A stretch of 64,000 nucleotides of DNA from Auanema rhodensis (taxonomy: Eukaryota > Animalia > Nematoda): assembly GCA_964057225.1 (NCBI GenBank), contig OZ059896.1, forward strand, positions 9,362,001 to 9,426,000, in the 5' to 3' direction. The notes under the pieces were generated by a model. The model saw only the letters and a list, made by a program, of their open reading frames with translations, was not told where the DNA came from and searched no databases. The position numbers and the translations under genes are program-made. Of this stretch, positions 29,501 to 43,064 are shown in pieces; position 1 is the first letter of the stretch; every line of letters starts with the position of its first letter.

Positions 29501-32500
29501 TCTCTTGCAAAGTATGATTGTACAGAAGAACTCATAATGAAGCGAAGACACTTGTTGACAGTTCTGAATTAAAACTATACAAGCATATTTAACTAACTAA
29601 ACTAACTTATTTTGTATCATGATCATTTGTTGCCAAGTAGAAGGGAATGGACATTTGCTTAGGAGATCTCTAATCATCTGTACCATTTCAACAACAAAAT
29701 CCATTTTATCTATTATGCTTGGTCTACAAATAATATTTTAATGACAGTTACAAAATTCATACAGTACCTGCTTTTCAAATAACTATCAAAAATTTGGGCA
29801 GACATTTTATTCAGCATTGCTAATATTAACGCGAAAAATCTTCCACGGGTGACTTCAACCTTAAATATACATATCAATTAATAAACGAGGTTAAGAGAGC
29901 TTACCGATCCTTGCAACTGTTCAACAACAACCATGGCTCTTACGACTGGTCGGTAAAGGCTCTCAATAACTAAATTAAGCTCATCATCAGTTCCCAGAGC
30001 ACCTGTCCCTTGTTTTGGTAGCTACAAAAACTCCAATACAATGAAAATAGGAGAAAGCCTAACTGTTAAGGGGAACAGTCGTTCTATTAAATTGGAGATT
30101 ATTTGGACACATTCTTGGGCTCTTTCAGGATATTCTCGGTCATCAGCAGAATCAGATTCCAAATGAGTTAGAAGAAGAGATATGCATTTTGGAAGCAATA
30201 CTTGTCGACATCGGAAGTGCTGAATTTTAAATATACTAAAAAGGGATTAATAGTTTAAAATAAAACTTCAAAAAGTTGAGTTTCCAAAAGTTGGCCGACA
30301 AATCCAAGTCGTTCACGAGCAACAATGTTCCTTCCAAACCCGTTTAGTACACGAATAAGAACGTTACTGAAATAAAACAAAAAATAAAAACTTTGTATCC
30401 GTATGCCTTACCATAATTCAATAGGTTCATAAGCCCCACTTCCCAAGATAGGATTAATAATTGACGGCAAATGCTTCAGAGCAGTATTCTGAATAGCCAT
30501 GCGCTCACGAGCTTCACTCATAAGGCTAACAATGGAAGATAAAACGCTCTCCAGGTGTGATCGTAAAGTTTCGGTGGAATACGATTCATACTCAAATCTA
30601 AAAATCGCTTATAAATTGACAACACGATGTTTCTCACCGTTCTCCACATTTCATTGAGCAAACTATTGTAATGAATATTCTTCCCATAACTTTTAAGGAA
30701 TTCCTGGTTTTTTCATTATTATTAGTAGATGCACTAACGATATAATGATTCAAGCATTTCAATAATTTTCTGAAAACAAAATTATTTTCGATTCTAACAA
30801 AATCAGACATACAAGGCTGCTGTCGGAAAGAAAAATCTTTCCATGTATTTATCCAATATTTCGGAGCATTTCATATTTCGTGGTTCTTCTACAGTTTGAA
30901 CAAATAATATTTTTAAGCCTTAGAAGTTAAACAAACCAACTAAGCGATAAAGGCTTACTATCACGTCAAAAACAGGAAGTTCCAATTGTTCTCTTTCATC
31001 CCAGATTTCGAATAAAGCATCCAAAAGTGGACAGAAGAAACGAACCATCTGGATAAAATAAGATATTAATCATATTAACACCTAATTTACTTCACTCTCT
31101 GCATCGCCCACTGGAGTGGCCAATTGACTCAATGAATTCGATAGATTATATGGATTATTTCTGAATAATTTTTTTTTTCATTTAGATAGAGGTAAATTAC
31201 CTCCAACGAAGAACATTTACAATATCCTCATTTTGAGAAAGAATAGAAGAGCATAACGAAGTGGACAGCTTGATAATACTCTTTTCGCTTAAAGAAAAAG
31301 CTGCTGAATGTGGCTTTGATGCAGAATTTCCTAAATCTCTAAGCATTTTCTTTGAAGAAGGAAGATTTAGATACGAAACACTTTTTGGACTATACTGCGA
31401 ACTATCAATCTATAAAGAATAATATTACAAAGAACAAAACAAAAATTAATCAAACTTTATATACAAGAAGTTCTTGTTCGTCATTTTTCACTAGAGTTGA
31501 ATTATGTAAAACATGGAAATATGCCAGAGCAAACGGCCCCTAAATGATCTTATTAAGCACATTAATGTCGATAAATAACCTTATCCTGTTTAACTTTATC
31601 GTATTGTTTACGAGAGTGTAAAGTAATACGTAAATGAACATCTTGTGCGGATATTTCAGGTAAACGAATCTGAATATAATATCCGTTATCAAGTTTATCA
31701 AGAGAAAAATCACCTTCAGTTGTTCAAGCCAACATGGCTTATCTTCATGATAATAAACTAAACTTCTGTATTCCGAAGATGTCTTCAATTCATGATTAGT
31801 GACAATCTCTATGCACTATAATACATTTTTATAACAAAGGTTCGATTTATGTGCAATGATTCACATTGGTAATAGCTTCCCCATTGCTATCCAATACCGT
31901 AATACGAGCTTCGACATTTTTGTCTGAGGACTTACTGGTAAGTTCGCCAGATGCTAGAGTAGCATAGAGATAATTGCGATTATCTTCTAAATTATTATTA
32001 TTATTACAATACCAAAACAATTTCACTCTACCTAAGTAAGGATATATATCTGTCCTATTAGAAACTAGAGGAGGATTTCTAGTAAACAAATGAGGATATT
32101 TTAATCTAACCTTTGTAGCATTTCCCCTGTAAACTTGTGATGACAACAGCATTTTTATATCATCTAAAATCAGTTATATCTTATAAATAATCCTACAAAA
32201 TGTAACCTGTAGATGTGTCGGTAGATGGAACACGTTTAGTAACTGCTAAGGATTTGAAGGCCTGATCAAAGTCTTGAGCTCTAAAATGAAATAACACATA
32301 ACAAAATATATTATGAAAAAGAGACCTGCTCATGAATATAACTCGTTCCTTTGGCTCATTTGATGGCCGAGGACTATCAAAGATATGAGAAAGATCGAGA
32401 AAAGACCAAGCAATAACTGAAAAAACTGTATCGAGAAACTAATAGATCCTAAATTACCTTGTCTACAGAAGGAATGAGCCGCTTCCATATCGGGATTTTT

Positions 32501-33775
32501 TCTGATAGTGGAAGATTGCTCAATAGGAGCTATTTGAATTATTCTACATAAAAGAAATATTCGACGACCAGCGTCCGCACGAGTATAACCCTGGAATTTT
32601 ATAAAAAAACATTATAAACTAAACTAATTTTCTTACCGAAAATAAAGATCTTAAATTGAGATCACGAAGAGTTTTCTTGTTGTCCCTTCCTTTCCATGAA
32701 AATGTTACAGTTTCGCTAAACAATAAGATACGAAACAAACTCAAAAAAGAAAAACCTGACAAAAGTTTTCTTTTCCACATCTATCATAGAAAAACAGATT
32801 TCGCAGTTATATGCAGTGTTGAGCTCAATAGACTGAACCGATAACATTATTGAGAACGAGTCGAAGTTTTCATCAAGTTCTGTGGACTAAAATTAATGTT
32901 TTCAACGTATTTCAATTTTAAATTATACATCAGAAGCAACTGCTTTTTCAGCATTCACGTGCTCTCTGTAGTTCTGTAGAACAGAAATTTTCTCTGGATC
33001 ATAAGGTACGCCATTATCTTCCCGTATAGTGACACTCAAGCTTAATAATCTAAACAGAGCATATATAAAATACCAATTTCTTAGACTTACAGATTAACTC
33101 TGTCCATTTTTTTCGATATAGCCATTCGAATGTTATTGAGTTGTTCTTCGGGAACCCCACCTAGAACAAACTAATGTATTACACTCTAACTGTAAGTTGA
33201 ACCTGAAAGAATTTGTTTTCTTGCAGCAAGTAAGTCATCAATTTTATCCAGAACTTCATCCAAATAATGTAAATCTGATTGTTTTCCATAAAGCTCCTAT
33301 AAACAAATGAATATAGAAACTTCCATCATACTATATATAATACCTTTAGCCTAGCCCACCAAATATGTACAGCATGATATATTTCCCTAACGATGCTAAT
33401 ACCTTCAGTTGTTGAATCCGCCTCAAAAATATAGATAAAATGGCTTCGTGTATCTCACTTACCACTTCTGGCTCTGCACTTTTCTTTATATGATTCGCGG
33501 GAAACAAACCAGCTTCCCGTTGGTTACTCAACTTAGAACCATAGCACCATCCTTAAAGAATACTGAACACAGTTATAACTGATATGTACCTTCATTTTCC
33601 GATAAAATGCAGACGCGATCCCCAGCAACAAGAGGAAGAAATTGGCAAGGAGCGCGCTGTTCAGAAGCTTTATGAAGTATCTCATCAGACACTGAGAAAT
33701 TGCAAATAGCTGCAAAAAGTTTGCTAGTCAATCTTAGTGAATGAAGTTATTACCAATAGCAAATGAAGACTTCAT
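26505..33775 (-). CDS. ced-5: DOCK180-family Rac GEF CED-5
   Basis: SH3 (GWCYGSK...GLFPANHI), DHR-1 (EYRSLVYYHEDKP.W.EQLK), MVGPFLRVALI...ATIPIFFDMMQAEF, DHR-2 (LCEVADLFSNGQMWE, PLRCAVDQM, IMGVVQANVQGG) and C-terminal PPPLPPRP. Confidence 0.92.
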
Positions 33776-34084
33776 GTTCTATTATATGATGTTTATCATG
33801 TCGTTGTAGAAGTCCTATGTAGTGTCAAAAGGTAATCAACAATCGAAAGAATTGTTTGAATTATTAATTCTGTTGTCCGCAATTGTATGACTACGTACCA
33901 TAAACTATTGAAAAAATGCTATAAAATAAAATACTCATATCATTACTATAACTATTAAACATACTTGGCCTTTCTGGAAATTTGAATATATTTACAGAAT
34001 TATTTTTTATGTCTTCTTTTTATAAATCAGTTATTCTTAATACAAAATTTCAATCAATTGCTCCAGGCTTCGCTAGAAATAACA

Positions 34085-35084
34085 ATGGCACGCGGAGGTG
34101 CTAAAAAAGATACTACTACTGCAGATAAGCCTACATCAGTTTCGCTGAAAAAAAAATCAAAGAGAAAAAAAGTTATTAAAGATGAAGAATGTATCCAAAT
34201 TTTGTCTTTCAACTCATACATTTCTTTCATTATTTAAGATGAAGAATTTGCCAATGAAGCTCGCAAAATTCAAAATAAGTTCTCGAAAAAGAAACACAGC
34301 AAAGAAGATGATATGGCATATTTGAAAGTCAGTTAGGCAACTTTTCAGAAATTCCTAAGTTTTAAAATAATAATTACTATATCATTCAGTTCAAAAAGGA
34401 AAATGGAAAAGGATCTGTTGTTAATTGTGAGCAGCATAGCAAAATTGTTAGTCGCGCAGAAGAAAACCAAATTAGTAAGATGTATCAGGTTTGAAATAAG
34501 TGTAAGTATTATCAAGAATGCATTTTATTAATATCAGACTGAATTCCGTCAAAATACGCTTACAACTTATTGGAAATGTGCTTTATGTGGTCAACGGTCG
34601 GCACAAGATGGTTTGGGAGATTTATTTGGACCTTACTATATATCAGCTGAGCATATAACATGGCCCACTTTTCTAGCTAAAAAAACAGCAAAGGTATAAC
34701 CTTTTCATCTTTATTCATAGTAATTAAAATTAGAATCACTCATTGACGGATACTGTAATTGATGTGTGGCTCCATGGTGACTGTGCCCTATGGGCTCCAA
34801 ATGTTCACATGAAAGGAAATGAATTAACTAATTTACAAGAGCAACTTGCTGTTTTTTGGAAACAAGTATATTGTATCAATATATTAAAAGACTTCTAATT
34901 TTTAATTTAGTCATGCTGCATTTGTCATACCGAAGGCGCCGCTATTCCTTTGAACAACGGAAAATATGTTCATTTTCCATGTGCTCAGAAGAATGGTGAG
35001 TTCATCGCAATTGTTTTTGTCGTTCATTTTTCCTTTTAAGGGTACAAAATGAAACAGCTTTATTTTAGCTGTGAGGCCAAGTAA
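34085..35084 (+). CDS. Small basic protein with extended PHD finger (zf-HC5HC2H, TCF20/RAI1-like)
   Basis: Lys-rich N-terminus; WKCALC...GLGDLFGPY, VWLHGDCALWAP.V, CCICHTEGAAIP, VHFPCA. Confidence 0.8.
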
Positions 35085-35558
35085 TTTATTATTTGTTTTA
35101 TGTTTTTGCATCTCAGGGTTTGAATCATTTTTTGATATTTTTAAGACTTCAATAGTTTTGATCGTTTTGTATAATAAGGAATGTTCACTCGTTCTAACAC
35201 AGGTTGTTTTTATCCTTTTCATTATCATCCTATTATTACTTATTTTTCTTAAATCAGGTATTGGTTATTGTTGATCCTTGATTTTGAATGTAAAACGTGG
35301 TTTTTGTTGATGTACTTATAAATTCATTAACGAAAAAAATCAGTTTGACTGTAAAGAGAACAGACACAACACAATAGGAAAACAAAAAAAAAGAATATCC
35401 ATCGTAAAAATCACTGTTTTTTTTTAATAAAGCAGCCACTTTTGAGCAATCATTAAGGTAAAGGAAAAGAAATCCAGAAAAATTCAATGCAATGACCCGA
35501 TAAAAAATCAGGGAATGACACAAACACTAGTCTTCGCTTTGCTTATAGTACACAATGC

Positions 35559-37327
35559 TCAGGTTGAATACGGTATCTTGAAATAGAAAACTTGAAAATA
35601 AATATGAAAGAATGAATCAAACCTTTCTCTTGATAAGATTTGCCTAATGGCAGCATAAAGATTGCGTTCAACAAAATCAGGCTGTTGTAATGCAGCTTGC
35701 TCCCCATGAGATAAATGCTCTATTAATGTATTAACTGGTTGAACAGCTACACCGTTCATACGACATCCCTCTAAAACAGTAATAACTTCAAAAATTAAAA
35801 AAAATAACTCTTATCTGACCTTTATAAACACCGGTTTCGACAAGGACGGAAATACATCTATCAACAACATGACGTGTTCGCACTTCGGAAGGACCAGACT
35901 CTTCGAATAAGTCTAAATCGAGGTGATCAAAACGTCCGCGTCCACCATGTCGTAAATAACGGTCAAACAATTTTGCTCCTAATACGTCTGACATTGGGTT
36001 ATCTCTGAAGTATGAAGTATTAATCACTAAGTTGTTATATCTGTTCATTACCCGATAACATAGAGAGTTTTCACAGCATCTAAACCCATTTCGTGAGCTT
36101 GTTTTTGAATAATATGAGCAGCATGTAAATAACTGATCTATATTATTACACATTACATTGACACAGGAATGTAGTAATTATACCTCAGTTGGTTTGCCAA
36201 GTACAGCATCATAATGTAAATAACGATCAGTTAAAGTGTGAATGAATGTTTCTAGACAATGTAAGAACCCGCCATGGCCGATACTTTAAAATCAGCAATA
36301 TACATGACAGAAATTGTTTTAAAAAGTACCGAGGTAAAGCTACTCCTTCTGCCATCCAAACCCAATCGACATTACAAGCAATCACTGGTAATTGATCTGG
36401 TAACGATCCTCGTCGGAAATCACCCATAACTAAAGTTTTGTTAACTATTCTCCAAACTATATAAACTATATCACCTCCTCTAGTCAGAAGGCAATCAACT
36501 AAAAGCTGTAAACTTGATTCCCATCGAACAGGTTCTCCAAGAAGAATGATAGCTGAATATACATAAATGCATATTTAGTATGATAGATAAAAACCTTCAA
36601 TGGGCCGAAAGTTTTTTCGTAACTTCTCAGCATCGTCCTGGCTTATTCTATTACGAGAGAAATCAACACAATCCAAATGCGGAAAATATCTACGAAGTTC
36701 TTGAATAGTAGTAACTTTTTTAAACCCAACGCTATAATATCTTAATAATCACAATTTCTAGTACTGATTTTTTACTTTTCAGCTATTGTTCTAGCATGTT
36801 GTTGGCCAACTACTAGTACATGCTTATTATGAAGTTCTCGGAACATTCTTAAGGGACTATGAGCCATTAGAACTTGCTGAGGTTTAATCTAAATTTCGTA
36901 ATTTATTATCACTTTTCTCTCATTCTCTAACTGGAATTCCTATAATACTAGATAACTTTTCAGCTTTTTCAGAACGCAAGCAATTGGTTCCATTGGTTAA
37001 GAAAACCTGAAAATTATATTTTGTTTTATTTTATTTTCTGATACCAACAGTCGGGACAATGAAGTTATTGTGTTTATCAGTTATATGTTTAAAGGCATCT
37101 TGGACTCGGGGAAGCACCTCTCGCCCACGTTGAAGCACTCCATCAATGTCAAGGACAATACCAAAAGCGTCCTTAATAGGCTATTTTGAGCAACTGTTTC
37201 AACACACAAGTGATAATGAACACTAGAATCACCAGGAAAAAATATGATAACAACTGATACGAACCGTGTTACGGCTGCTCAACAGTCTTTTAGCAACTGT
37301 GTAAGTTTGACGGAAATTCATCTTCAT
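35559..37327 (-). CDS. HAD-IIA hydrolase HDHD5/CECR5-like
   Basis: FGIVLDIDGVL.RG, FLTNG, MAHSPL, IILLGEP.RWESSLQLLVD, ACNVDWVW, PRFGHG.FL, LGKP, GDNPMSDV.GA, SVLVETGVY. Confidence 0.9.
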
Positions 37328-37695
37328 CGATTTTAATCCATTAATCTATCTTTTCATCTAAAATTATTTAAAATTATTCATAATCCTTTATCAACATTTT
37401 TAGACATACAAACGGAATTTTAACAATTAAAACATAAATTAGATAAACAGTAAAGAAAAGTTTTTTTATTTATAAATATCTTTTCATAATAACGGAGCAT
37501 ACACGTAAGCTCAATGGGAGATGGTAAAATCAAATTTGAAGAAAATCATATTTTGAACTAGACACTGAACTTATATAATCATAATAGCATAATAGGAAAA
37601 AAATTCGAAAAACCTGATTATTAACAAAATTAAGAAATAAAGAAAACATGTCAAAAAGAAGTTAAATAATATATATATATATATTTATATTGTGA

Positions 37696-39198
37696 TTACG
37701 ACTGCTCAGAAGCGGCATCAACGGTACCGTTTTCACTCATAAACTCTTTCCAATTTATAGAAAGATTGTCAATCTTGATCAGAGATAAAAGAATAAAACA
37801 TTCGCCACTAGCAGGTTCAAGAACCTGAAAACAATAAAAATAGGAAAAATTAAAAACTAAGATGATCGACACACTTCTGGAATATTTAGACAGCGTCGAG
37901 TGCAAAAATATGTACGAAATCAATAGCGCTTTTCTATATTGTGCAAAACACACACCCTCACGCTGTCAGAAAATAATAAAAGCAGAATAAAATCAAATCC
38001 AAAATAATGACTGAAGCTTCAACATCTTTGGAATAATTTAATGGTTTTAGAATTTTAATGATCAATTTAAGCAGTTTCCATATTGCGCATCTTCTTTACG
38101 GCATGATAAAAAAAACAGAACTGAACTATTTTGATGGAATGTCGTTCACACAAGGGCAAAAATCATAAATATATTACGATTTCCATTGTATAGAATTCGT
38201 TCACAAAAAAATTAAACTATCGCTGGAAAACGCAATCTTAACTTCTCTCATCTCAACTCAAAATATTATTCCACTTATATTTTAACAATTGAATGTTTCC
38301 TGATTAAAACGTCCCTAACAGCTGTTTAGAAATGATTATTGAACATAATGTCTACTTACCTCAAATTTAGCACTATCAGGGTTAACTCTCGTTGGGAATC
38401 GATTAATATCGCAATCAAAAATGTCTACTACTCGGGAATCTGGTCCAGTTTGAACTTCGAGAACAAAGTGGAAGGAAGAATCTTTCAGCTCAAACTTTTT
38501 AAAACGGCCGTTGGCTAGAAGTTTTGAAGGATGATGTGGCTGAAATAAATAAATTAGTTCGAATTGGAATTAAAAAGAATAATATTATTATATTGATGTG
38601 CTTTTTTGAATGTTATGTATAAGGTACTAATAATTGCGAAGATAGAGCTCTCAACTTCGAAATACCCTATCTTTTTTCCTTTGAAACTTGGATCACCATA
38701 TTTCTCACTACAATATAACATCATTGTTTCGATTACGAAACATATTGAAGAATGATTTCATGATTCTCTAAGACTAATAGGATTAAAATCGAAAATTCTT
38801 AATATTTGTAGAAAAAAAATCTTTTCTAGCTTTTCTTATAACTCGGTTACTTATTATTTTCTTTCAACTAAAATAGATGAAGCATTGAAGCATTGTTTAG
38901 TTCAAATCAAAGGAGAGAAACCTGATATCTATAAAGACTATCAATAGAAATTATTTGGTTGCGCATTATTCATATAGTTAAAAGTTTTCGAGGACTAGAA
39001 GTGTAAGAAATAGTACCTTTTTAAAGACGGTGACTATAGAATTCACCAGACTTTTCTTTTTTTTAAGTCCTTGGGCTTTGAACATTAGTTGAACCTATAA
39101 TTTTAAGTAAAATTTCAAATTATATACACTTTATTTACCTTAGTACCAGTATCTTGAATGACAGAAACTGAGACAATTCGGTGACCGTCCTGAGCCAT
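37696..39198 (-). CDS. Small (~148 aa) protein, possible CS/HSP20-like beta-sandwich
   Basis: Four exons splice in frame: MAQDGHRIVSVSVIQDTGTK|VQLMFKAQGLKKKKSLVNSIVTVFKK|PHHPSKLL...FPTRVNPDSAKFE|VLEPASGECFILLSLIKIDNLSINWKE...; the Q..V.l / VnP.s / l.L.K...W pattern resembles CS domains (inference). Confidence 0.6.
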
Positions 39199-41643
39199 TG
39201 TTCTGTGAAATATGTTGAGTTTTACTAAAATTTGATTTTAAGTATTTCGAAATACACGTATAACTATATTAACTCTAAAAGATCAATAAATATTCTAAAC
39301 AAAGGTAAAATAAGTTAAAAATCTACATTGCGCTACGAAACAATATGGCAAACAGCTGGAACAATCGATTTCATGATTTGCTCATGTGAGGCTACAACAT
39401 TTGATGATGATGGTTGTATTATAGGTTTACTTTTTCAGCAAATAAAGGATAGAATACATGAAAGACAGTCAGTTCACAAATTTATTGAAACATGTGGAAA
39501 GTGATAGCTAGAAAAACTTTAAGTATTCATCAAGAGAGAAAAAGTTTCTCACATTTACTAAGAACTTGAGAACCAACAAAAGGATGTCCACGCCATTCAC
39601 ACCTAATCCGTAAGCACAACATTGTGGACGAAGTTAAATGTTTGATACAATAAAATAGAGGAGGGAAAAATGTTTTTTCGTCTAAATTTTCAGACGAAGT
39701 GACAAAAAATCTGAAACTAAAAAACAGTAATAACAGTAGTTCGGTCCATGTTTAGATATCCTGACATATGTAATATCATGAGTCATGTATATAGTGGGGA
39801 TGGTCGGAAAGCCTAGGGGGAATAGCTGTCGATCCTATGTATAACGAACAAGGGTCAAATCGAGCACACTCGCCAACAGAATTCATTTATGCCGACACGA
39901 CAACCAATAAATTCTAGTAGGCATTCTGCCTCTCTAGCTTGGGAAGGTTGAAGGCTGCGGGGATATAAAAGAGAATAGAGAGGATAAAGACATTGAGAAA
40001 GACAAAATTAAATGTCTACTTTAATTCATAGTTTGAAAGATATGTCGAAAATAGAAAAGATTATTGCTAATAGTGAATGGAGGAAAAGATAAAAGTAATG
40101 CTTTAAATGGTTGGTAATCCACAGATAATGCGGGCAACTACAACCTCGGAAATTATTATATCCGGTGCTGTCAAGATCGGAGATATTGAAATAGCTATGA
40201 AAAGAAGTCCAGGCCACAATTATAGGGCAACTATGGAAGTGGACAAGCATGAAGGACGGTAATAGGTAATATAATGCACGCGTCTATTAATGATACATCT
40301 CGAAAAGGCGATCATAAACCTGCTGGTTCGGTGAAAGTCAGTCAACCTATGTTGGAAATCATTGAAGTACTCGATATGAAATGGGAAAACGTTGATGACC
40401 ATGAGAAACGTATCCCTTGGTAATCGAAGTCTGCCATGATAATCAGTTACGAATCATTAAAAAAAGAAACGCATAAGAATATACTAGTTTTCGAGAAATA
40501 TTTGCAACGAACAAAAATAAGAATGGGAGAGAAACCCCGTACATGTGTGATTCATGATTCATGAAAACGTTCTAAAGTATTTAACGATTAATGAACGGAC
40601 ATATCGTAAATCTGAAATTCAACATTTCGAAGTCACACAACGTAAAGTAACCAAATAAGCTTCGCAATCGATTTTATAATGAAGGCAACAACAATCAAGT
40701 GAAGCATGAGCAATGAAGAAGAAAATAGAAGATTTTTGAAAAAGAATAGCAGAAAGTTTGGTCACTTCATTTTCAACTAAAGAAATGCACAAAATATATT
40801 AAATTAGTTTTCTGAAGACAACCCAATTAGGCAGTAGGTTGGCAATTCTATATGGTAATACACATTTATCTGCATCTTTGGCCTAGCCCACAATAAACGA
40901 GTGACAAACCAAGGACAATTCCATCAGTCGAAACAGCCAAATGAACTGACTGATTGCGATCTGAAAATTTCAACCGTCGATAATGGATGGACTGACAAAC
41001 GAGTGAAGAACTAGCGGGACGATCAGGGCAACTGAATATGATTTTACTAAAAGAATTGAGCCAACTAGTCAATCATTGAATCGTGAATGACTAGGATTGG
41101 CAGACGAAATAAAGTTAATACAGATATATAATATACTTGATTGTAAAGAAATTTGTTATAAATATGCCAGAGCGTATGTATATAGTAGGGCAATGATATA
41201 TACTCAATAGATACTCTTCAGCATTCTTTATTTCACTGAGTTCAATTGAGAGAATGACTAGATTGAAGAATAGAATAACCAAGAAATGAGAGACACAGAA
41301 TATGACGAAAGAAGGAGGAGTGTGGAGCTACAAATAGTGAAGAGGATCGGTTATAAAGAATGAAGAGGACGCGGCGCCTTTCGAGAGTCTCAAAGATACA
41401 CGATAGGGGCGGAGACTCCCAAATACCACAGGTATACACATGATTCATATAGCAAGATGAGTATGACAAAAGAAAAAACAGAAAGAGTAAATTTCCAACT
41501 TAAAACAATTCTATAGAACGGAAATGAGACGCAACCATGCATCTGTCGACAACAGAGAAAAGCGACATAGAAAACCGGAACGTATTAGACTTGTAGGGGC
41601 GGGAAAAGCATAGTGAATAGCTATATTTCGAAAAAAAATCACC

Positions 41644-42833
41644 TCAACTATTTAACAGATAATCCAAAAGATGGGAAACAACGATCACATTAATAGAATT
41701 TCCAAGAGTGCGATACATCTGTTTGTTACTAATACCAGATGGTTGACAAAATTCTGGAGGAAATCCCATTAAAGTAGAAAATTCCCGTGGAGAGAATTTT
41801 CTAATTTTTAGCACTAGTTCTTCAATCGACATTTCATCCGCCCAGTTTCTTATTAGACGATTGTTCTCATCCACCAAACTTGGATCTAAAGTTAGGTAGG
41901 AACCACAGCCGACATAAAACGTTCCATATGATTTTGTAAAACAGGATGATCGCCTAGAGTCAGGGGACACCAGATCAATAGCAAGTCCATGTTTCTGAAG
42001 CGTTTCAAGAGAGAGAAATAAACTCTCAAAATCGTCTTCAGTGAAGTCTTCTCCAGCTGTCACCAACGTCATATACTCCTTCAGTTGTGGGCATATAGGC
42101 GATGTTGGAAACGGAGGTTCATAAGAAATGCCATTTGTTCGATTGGATCCATTCAAAGTCGCTAAAATGTAATATCGAGGCCGACTATTTGGAATTCCTA
42201 GTTGTAAGGGATTCAGAATAAATTCCTAAAAATAGATTTTTTTTGATTGAAACTTTTGAAAATATAAAACCTGTAATGCATAACCTTTTTTTACGAAAAC
42301 AGAAACCATGTGGTCATGCACAGATGACAGTTCAAAACCAACAACATTCTCCAGTAATATATGTTTTGGTGGATTACTCATCCCTGATAGATTTTCCAAC
42401 AAAACATAAAAAGAATCAGTTCGCCGATCATCTTCTCCTAGTTGTAACCCTTTCCTACAATACTTGTTTAATCAGTGTAGATTAAGTAAAGCTTACTTTG
42501 TGAATGGTTGACAAGGTGGGCTTAAAGTCCACAAAGTTGCAGCAAACTTTTCTAACTGGCTTATGGTTAACGACTAAATTAAAATGTGACCTTTTAAGTT
42601 TGGGAAGAAAATGAAAACCTGAACATTATTCTGACATAATTTGGTATTCGGAAAATTATTCTTATAAATAACATTTGCTGTTGTATTGATATCAAAGGCA
42701 GCCAGAACTTCGGCATTTTTTCGAACCGCTAGAAAGCATAATGTGTTGTTTGTTTTTAATAATCAAAACCTTTCAAAGCGTAATGCATTCCTCCAATGCC
42801 AGAATAGAACTCTAAACTTCTTACTTCACTCAT
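41644..42833 (-). CDS. DNMT2: tRNA (cytosine-38-C5)-methyltransferase DNMT2/TRDMT1
   Basis: LEFYSGIGGMH (motif I), AFDINT.AN.IY, WTLSPPCQPFT (IV), LLENV (VI), GIPNSRPRYY (VIII), the DNMT2-diagnostic CFT (SSCFTKSYG), R.FSPRE..LMGFP, LGNSINV (X). Confidence 0.93.
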
Positions 42834-43064
42834 TCTATAAAATTTCTCATTTCTACACATTCAAAAAATGTAATAGATAGTGGATCGAAAAGAACAAAAA
42901 TAAAAGAATTTTAGAATATCACAACCTTCATTAACTGTACATGATGTTTTCAATACTAATAAGCATCCAATTTTATTAGACGGATGAGAAACAAGTAGAA
43001 CAACAACTTTAATAATATTATAGCAATAAAATGAATATACTAGTTTTCAATTTCAGGTAGAAAC

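Noticed and set aside
37826-37965. Possible upstream alternative acceptor extending the last exon of the CS-like gene in frame
   Set aside because: A stronger TTTCAG acceptor near 37826 gives a coherent protein; the extension cannot be supported without transcripts.
41215-41270. TGACTAGA (miR-44/279-like seed) in a loose hairpin
   Set aside because: The seed lies in a large bulge, so the fold does not resemble a pre-miRNA; an 8-mer match is expected by chance.
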